NCBI GenBank assembly: GCA_020891255.1
Contig: BQFW01000014.1
Location: 2,170,001 to 2,234,000 of the forward strand
DNA length: 64,000 nt
Direction of reading: 5' to 3'
DNA from: Entomortierella parvispora E1425
Lineage: Eukaryota > Fungi > Mortierellomycota
Shown: positions 57,530 to 64,000 of the stretch, in pieces
Layout: every line of letters starts with the position of its first letter
Numbering within the stretch: position 1 is the stretch's first letter
Program-made: the position numbers and the translations under genes
Notes under the pieces: model-generated
Database searches by the model: none
What the model saw: the letters and a program-made list of their open reading frames with translations, nothing else
What the model was told of the DNA's origin: nothing

Positions 57530-60500
57530 AGTCAAGTCGTCTTTGACTGCTGCGGGATGCGTCCAAGATCTTTCAAAAGGGTAGGTGACAGTGGTTGCTG
57601 ATGTCGTTGCTGTTAGTGAAGACTCAAGGGTTGCTGCGAGTGCTCCATCATCTTGTTGTGTCTATCGTCCTGTCACATCCTTGCTCCTTTTCCATATCCT
57701 CCAGTAGTTCAGAAAGCACGCACTATTATGGGAGCACAAACCAGTCAAATGTTAGCGGCTGTTGAAGACTCGCGTAGTTCGCAGCTCAGACACTGAAGTA
57801 GAAAAGGGGGGCTTACCTGAAGAACAACAAGAGAGCAGCCATGCACAGTGATGATGGTGCGACTGGTGCGAATCAGCACTGATCTTAGCTCCCGATTACA
57901 TTCTCCACAAGCAGATGCCTTCATCTCCATGACACATGGATCCAGGAGCTGTTGTCCAACGTGATTGACTCTGCAAAGTGGCGAGGGCTTGGATTCATGA
58001 CGTTAGGCGCAGTGCATGGCTCTCCTTAGTAACAGAATGACATGAGGCCATGACGAGCATGAGGGGACTGTCCTGTGATGATGGCAAAGAGAGTGATTCA
58101 ACAGACAAGTCGATGGCAAAAAGCAAGGCGACGGAAGAAGGATGCAGCAGAAGGACGGAAGGAAGGAAAGACGGAAGGAAGGAAGAGAAAAAAACAATGA
58201 TCGATCGGTCTGCACGTGGCACGTCACCTTTCTGTCCCTTTTTTTCATTTTTTTCCCTTCTTCTTCTTGTTCTTGAAGAGGGGGAGAGAGGGACTGACTG
58301 TCGACAGGCGTGCCAGCTGTAACATGCCAGGCTGGCCATGCAGCACGCCCGGTGCCTGAAAGTGCGCGTCATATCAGTCTGGAGAACTGCCATCCTCCCA
58401 TGTTCATCTAACAAACTTTTCTTCGAGCTTCAACTCAGCTGCCACAAATATCAAAGAGAGCAAGTCGATCCAGACATTCGGATGGCTAGAACAATGTTGA
58501 CTAGATAGACCTATGTAGGCTATATAGCAATAGCCCAGTTCGTTTCGTACACCACATTTGTTGAAACCTTCAACCTCAAGGACCAGGTGCTTTCACGGCA
58601 GTTGTACGAGAACCTGATCAAGTCAGCGCAAATCAGGCAGCCTTGCAGGGCAACCTTGAAGAAGCGGTACTGTTCTTTCTTAAATCTGAACCTCAGATGA
58701 ACGTTTGCTGGAGATAGCGTGCTGTTTTCTGTAATATCGTTACTGATCTACTTGGAGCTATTCTCTACGCATTTACTTTACTTCTAGGACAACATGCCCA
58801 ATTCTTATCGCAGAGGACGACGCTACATTGAGTTGGCCAAGAGGGGCCTTGTCATTAAAACGAACTGCTGCCGGAATCCAGTCGACATCAAACAGGACCA
58901 GTGGTGGACGTGACCTCGAAGAGACCGGACAACGACAATGCAAGTGATGATACCCTCCTGGATGGACAGTAAGTCGCCGAGAGTGCAGGAGCCAATGGAG
59001 CTGTAGTACTGTCCACGATCCAGAGTATCCAGTCGATGATCAATACAAAGAGGATAAGAGGATGACGAGGGAAAACGACTACCAATAACGTGGATAACCT
59101 TCAAGCGTTGGAACAGGAGTCTGACCAAGGCACACAACTGCGTGAACGTCCTGGGCAACTACGCCTAAATGTTGGCGTCAGAGCCCATAATCTCTTCGTA
59201 ACAGCCAGGAATCAAAATGGGGTAATCACAGTCGACCTTTCCAAGTGCGGAGCATTCCCAGTCGACGACAGCTCAGCAGACTCATGCGCCAAGATACAAA
59301 AATCTTTGACAACGACATGCAAGGACTTGCTCTGGTCTAGTCGCACAAAATCAATGTAACTTTATTTTGCCCCAGAGAGTGCACGCATTCGTCTTTCATT
59401 CTCCATCCATTCCCAAACCTGGCGACGGTGAAGATCTTTCCTCATCAAAGACTAGACAGAAACTCAGAACGAGATGGAAGTTCTAGAATCGCTGTTCAAC
59501 TGGAACTGATCGCACTCTTGCGCATGTAGGGCACATTGAATGAACATCCAGGCTTTGTCTTTGTCCATGTTTCGGATCACAAAGTCCAGACATTTACAGC
59601 CTTTGATATCTTCACGTAGTTGGAGGCCGCGGGGACTGGTCGGTTAACTGCTGTCGCTGTTGCCACTTGGTTACCCGTGCTCTTGCTGAAGGGAGCATTT
59701 GAAGTGCCAGTTGATATCGTAAAAGATGGGCACACAACGGGTGACCCAAGAGCCGAAAGTTGGGAGAACGTTTTTTTTCTACAACTGGCTGTCACTGCTA
59801 CGATCGTCACTATTACACCTTGATCCCTCCACCTCAACTCATTCTCCACTTCATCACTTCGTCTTTTGGGCCCTTACTCACCCTTCCCAATCCCTTGGGC
59901 ATTCAACGATAGAGATGGTGGCCATGCTGACCCAGGGTCAGATGACGGTCGACGTTAGTCGATAAAAGGGTAATTAGTAATGCCAATATCACAAGATGGG
60001 CTGGAATAGCTTGGGTGGGGACTTGGTATGACTATCTACTGCGTCCACAAAGGATTGTGGGGGTCTTTTTTTTTTTTTTTTAGTCCGTCCACCAGATGGT
60101 TACGCGAATCGCTGATGCCCCGTGCTCCTGTAGCTTATGATCTCTGTCGCCTGGTGGCATCCAATCCTCTCTCACCAATGCTTCATCACATCATCAGCTA
60201 AGGTTCAACACACCCTTCTCTGACAACCCGATTGCCAGGCACCTTTCCTTTACTTCTCCACCAACTTTTGTATTTCACCAAAGCATGGGTCATCTCAAAG
60301 GGGCGACTGGAGAGGAAAAGACAGGACACCAGGGTGAGGAAGAGAACAGGTAAAAAAATCGATTGGTGGACAGGCATTTATTTCTGAGTGTTTATCTTGG
60401 TATAGAAACTAAAGCTGAAGAGTCCTTTAACGGAGAAAGAGGATTAACACAGAAACAAGAGTGAAAAGAATTGAGGAAGACTACGATGGCAGAAAGCGGG

Positions 60501-60547
60501 CTGTATCAACGATAGGTAGCTGGGTTTGTCGCAGTAGTGCAACCAAA

Positions 60548-61270
60548 TCAAGGAGCAGCCATGGCTTTATCTTGGGCAGCTTTTGCATTTGCCTTTATCG
60601 GCGCCTCAATGGCTTTGGCAATCTGATCAAATATGATGTAGCGTAAAGGGTCGGGGGGACAGTAGTCTGGATCCGTTGAGGGAAGTGTGTCACATTTCGG
60701 ATTTGTAGCTGCGATGACCGCACTGTTGCTGCCTTGCCCCTTGTAGAGCATATAATACTTCAAGGCCGCAGCACCGCCTGGAGCGTTATAGCTGGATTTG
60801 AATGGAGTGCAAAACTTTTTAGCCGCGGGATCGTCTTCACATCCGTAGAAGCAATTTGTTTTGTTTTCGTAAAATGCTTGTAGTTTAGGCACGGTATCGT
60901 ATTCAGGCTTCAAAGGCCCTTTCAAGTCTGATATCAAGTTCTTCAGTACGATGGAGTACTCTTTTGTCTTTGTACAGACGAGGTCCTTGGTTTGTGCATT
61001 GAAATCCAAGCCGATTGTTCCAGAGGCGCCCGACTGACCGTGGTCCAGCAAATCTCTTGCTAAAGAATTCGGATCATATTTTGAATAGTATGGTTGCATG
61101 CTCTGGCAACATTGGATGCAGCTGTACCACTCTGGAGGGTGCTCTTCATCTTTGCACACCATGTTGAAAATGTCTGCTGCCACTTTCTGGTCGTCCGCGT
61201 CATCCGCCTTGACTGCAATCAAAGTCAAAGATAGAACAAGGAAGTGCGCGTAGATGAAGATGGACCTCAT
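60548..61270 (-). CDS. Secreted Cys-rich hypothetical protein (240 aa)
   Basis: Signal peptide MRSIFIYAHFLVLSLTLIAVKA and about 11 Cys. An acceptor AG lies just before the ATG (probable 5' UTR intron), and TATATAA lies at about 61530. Confidence 0.65.
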   Translation of the reverse strand: MRSIFIYAHFLVLSLTLIAVKADDADDQKVAADIFNMVCKDEEHPPEWYSCIQCCQSMQPYYSKYDPNSLARDLLDHGQSGASGTIGLDFNAQTKDLVCTKTKEYSIVLKNLISDLKGPLKPEYDTVPKLQAFYENKTNCFYGCEDDPAAKKFCTPFKSSYNAPGGAAALKYYMLYKGQGSNSAVIAATNPKCDTLPSTDPDYCPPDPLRYIIFDQIAKAIEAPIKANAKAAQDKAMAAP

Positions 61271-62279
61271 CTAAAAGAAAACGAAGCAGGAATATGTCAT
61301 CAGTATACAAAATACACCAGTTTTTCCCTCTAACGGCAACAATAACGTTTAGTGGTGCACCGTACTCTGGGCCAATGATCGGATATGGGGGTCTGCTTGC
61401 GCTTGTGGGTTGTTCTTGAAAAAGTTACTGCGAGTGCTGTGAGTGCAGTGAGTGCTGCCGGGTGAGTTCACAGTGAAGGTGTAAAGATGGGTGTGAGAGA
61501 CAAGAGGTTGAGCGAGCGGGACCTCCTTATATAATGAGGACCACTCACTTGTCAGTGATGTGTGGATGGTGAAGGAAAAGATATGCAGAAAATAGCAGGG
61601 ACCATTGGATCACAACAATATCAAGGGCAATACTGAAGGGCAACAGGGAAAGCGGGGCGAGGCCAAGAACAACTTTGAGGGGCAACAGGGAAAGTGGGGG
61701 CCACATCAAGGCCAGTCCTGAGGGACAACAGCAAGGAGGGGCTACTCCAAGGGCAGCAGCAAGGGACAACAGGAAGGAGCGGCTACTCCAAGGGCAGCAG
61801 CAAGGGACAACAGGAACATCAAGGGCAGCACCAGGAGGTCAAAGAAATAACGAATAACGTCCCAAAAGACGAGGGATCACAAAGGCAACCCTCGCAATGA
61901 ACTCCCGCCTATTACGCGTAGTTGCCTAGAGTTGTGGCCTAGACCATCCAAGTGCAGGCAACATCAGGGCCACCTTTATTTCCCTTCAAAGCAGGAAATA
62001 ACGAAATGCGGCTGCTGTACATGTACCATCCATTCGCCAACTCTCCATCCCGTCTTCCTTTCATCTTTCACCACATCACCATAGCTTATGACCCCCCCCC
62101 CCCCCAATTCATCCTCTGTCAAGGTCAAACTGAGCAGGCAGGGTTCCTCCATGAGGATCTGGCTGAAGCTGTCATTCACACATTCCGACACTTGGCCTCA
62201 TTTTCTGAGCCCAACATTCTTCTGCAACGCAAGTTTCCCAGGCAGTCTTCACTACTTTTATTGAAAGTTTTCATATGAG

Positions 62280-64000
62280 CGTGGAGCAGCCCACTCGCCG
62301 GCCCTCGAACTTTCGCAGGTCGCGATGCAGGAGCCATGGAAGACTCTGACAGCAGCAGCAATTGACAAAATGCAGGGCCGAGCAATTGATGATTACGAAT
62401 TGCCCGACATCAAAGTTCAATGTGTAGAGGACGTCCTGCTGCTGGAGCAGGTGCTCACGTTACTGAGCAAGCCCACTGTCTTGCCTGTCGATTGTGGTGC
62501 CATGTTGTAAGTGTTGATTTTACTCTTGTTGGTCCTCCTTTACCTGCCATGGTAAATAGTTGATCAAGTGTGTTCACCGCTTTGCGTCCTTCCGTTATGG
62601 GATTGCTGATCTCCGCAGTCTTCACCTGGATGAATACAGTGTGGTGGCGCCTGAACTGAAAGAGCCGGACCAAGGTGCGAATGACATCATAGAGCAGCTC
62701 TCGCGATGCCTCAAAATTGGGCTTTATGTCCTCTTCCTCAAATGTCAAGACATGCTCGGTATTTTTGCACGAGATGCCCTGGAGGGCAAAGACACACCTC
62801 CTGAGGTGCCGTTGATTGTTTGGTCCGCGACTGTAAGTTCCTCTCAAAGGCGTGAATGCGATGATTGTAGTTCATATTGCTGACTTTTTTTTTTTTTTTT
62901 TTGCGTAATCATATCCAAGGGATCAATAGCCTGCCTCCTTTCTTCGAGGCCAAGAGTATCACCTTCTTAGTTGATTGGCTCTTCATTCGTTTTTGTGCAG
63001 AAAAAAGCTGACTCCCAGAGAGAATTAAACGTAGCGATTCTCTTGGGCACACAAGAAAGGAGGGCGGCTAATGATTCACCAGCAGGAGACTGTACCCGTA
63101 TCAGAGGCAGAAGTTGTTGCGCCATTGAAACGTTGTCTGGAGGTGCTCAGCAGTGGTGAGTTGAAGCTGCGAAGGCAAGTACAAATGCTCAAACGTCCTG
63201 TGGACTGATGTAAACCCCTTCCTGGTCATCAGGGGGTCACTCCCCACCTCAGTCATCCACGCCATAGCCGGTACAGCAGGTATTATCGACGGCCTCGGTA
63301 GTAGCGGGTGGAGAATTTGACGGCATCCACATGCTGACTTATTATTTCCGCTCTGCATTTTTTGTTTTCATTTTTATAGTGGCGAGTTCATCTGTGTTTC
63401 GACTACGGTGCAGAAGCGTTATCTCTCCCAGCCGTTTCAGCTTGCTCACGATACAAAAAGCGGCAGAAATGTCGATCTTCCTGTAGACGGCTTGGGCTTG
63501 GAGGTGGTAACTGAAGCGAAACCCAATATGGACCGATCACCTTGTGAGCGCCAATTTCTCAAGAACTTGCGGATAAAACATGCTATCCACATCGTTGCAG
63601 CAGAGCGAGGTCTGCAGTTGCCGAAGATGAACCAGCTCGACGTCAGAGGTATATCTCTCTGTGTGTGTTAAGTTGATTGATTGAAGAAAAAAATGGAAAA
63701 AAGTGCTCTATCTCATGGTCACATGTTTCATATAGGGATGAGCACTATGGTGTGTGCTCTGCATTCGCAAGGAGACATTTTTCTTGGTGATGCTGCTAGT
63801 GAGAATATTATCGATCTCCCCACCAACAAGGCTGAGCTCTCTAGCCTCCTGTCCAGTCCATTTGCCATTCTCCTTTGGTGTTACACTGTAACATCTCCTG
63901 GTTCAAGCTGGAGTATTTTCTTGCACACGTCCAGAGTTCTAATAGAAGTCCTATGTTTGATAGAAATTGCTGTTGCTGTACCAGGATGGCATCAGGAGAC
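62280..64000 (+). pseudogene. Multi-exon hypothetical gene, possibly with a PD-(D/E)xK-like domain, probably decayed
   Basis: Exon-like blocks: QEPWKTL...PVDCGAM; IKCVHRF...DTPPE; WTDVNPFLVIRGSLPTS; GRNVDLPVDGLGLEVVTEAKP (D...E-x-K); NIIDLPTNKAEL. Splice phases could not be made fully consistent. Confidence 0.3.

Noticed and set aside
1-64000. Bacterial or endosymbiont contig, rRNA or tRNA genes
   Set aside because: Spliceosomal introns and eukaryote-specific genes occur throughout, and no rRNA or tRNA signatures were recognised.

Overview
Eukaryotic (fungal) genomic DNA with short GT-AG introns. The gene set is typical of Mortierellomycotina-like Mucoromycota; this is inferred from gene families, not from a database match. 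Positions 5.6-20.7 kb form an orderly housekeeping block: an FG-nucleoporin of the Nup1/Nup124/Nup153 type, a Bni4/Phactr-like PP1 regulator, an Aa_trans amino-acid transporter and a CYP52-like P450. The remainder is an accessory, repeat-rich compartment. It holds at least four Crinkler (CRN)-type genes or fragments, a 5.4-kb hAT transposon with 682-bp TIRs, and a bulb-type lectin gene broken by an 8-bp duplication. It also holds a 1,776-aa NACHT-pentapeptide-WD40 NLR-like gene and a 2,476-bp near-perfect inverted duplication carrying two copies of a small Cys-rich secreted peptide gene. The most striking locus is 24,030-28,602 (minus strand). Once its introns are removed, it is one reading frame with an N-terminal XPG/FEN1-type 5' nuclease (PIN + H3TH) and a C-terminal TnpB/Fanzor-type RuvC domain with zinc finger. 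The last exon, carrying two of the three RuvC catalytic residues, is missing from the ORF track. This copy is decayed in its N-terminal half, while the RuvC half is open with its D/E/D triad present. Exon boundaries were read by eye and are predictions.
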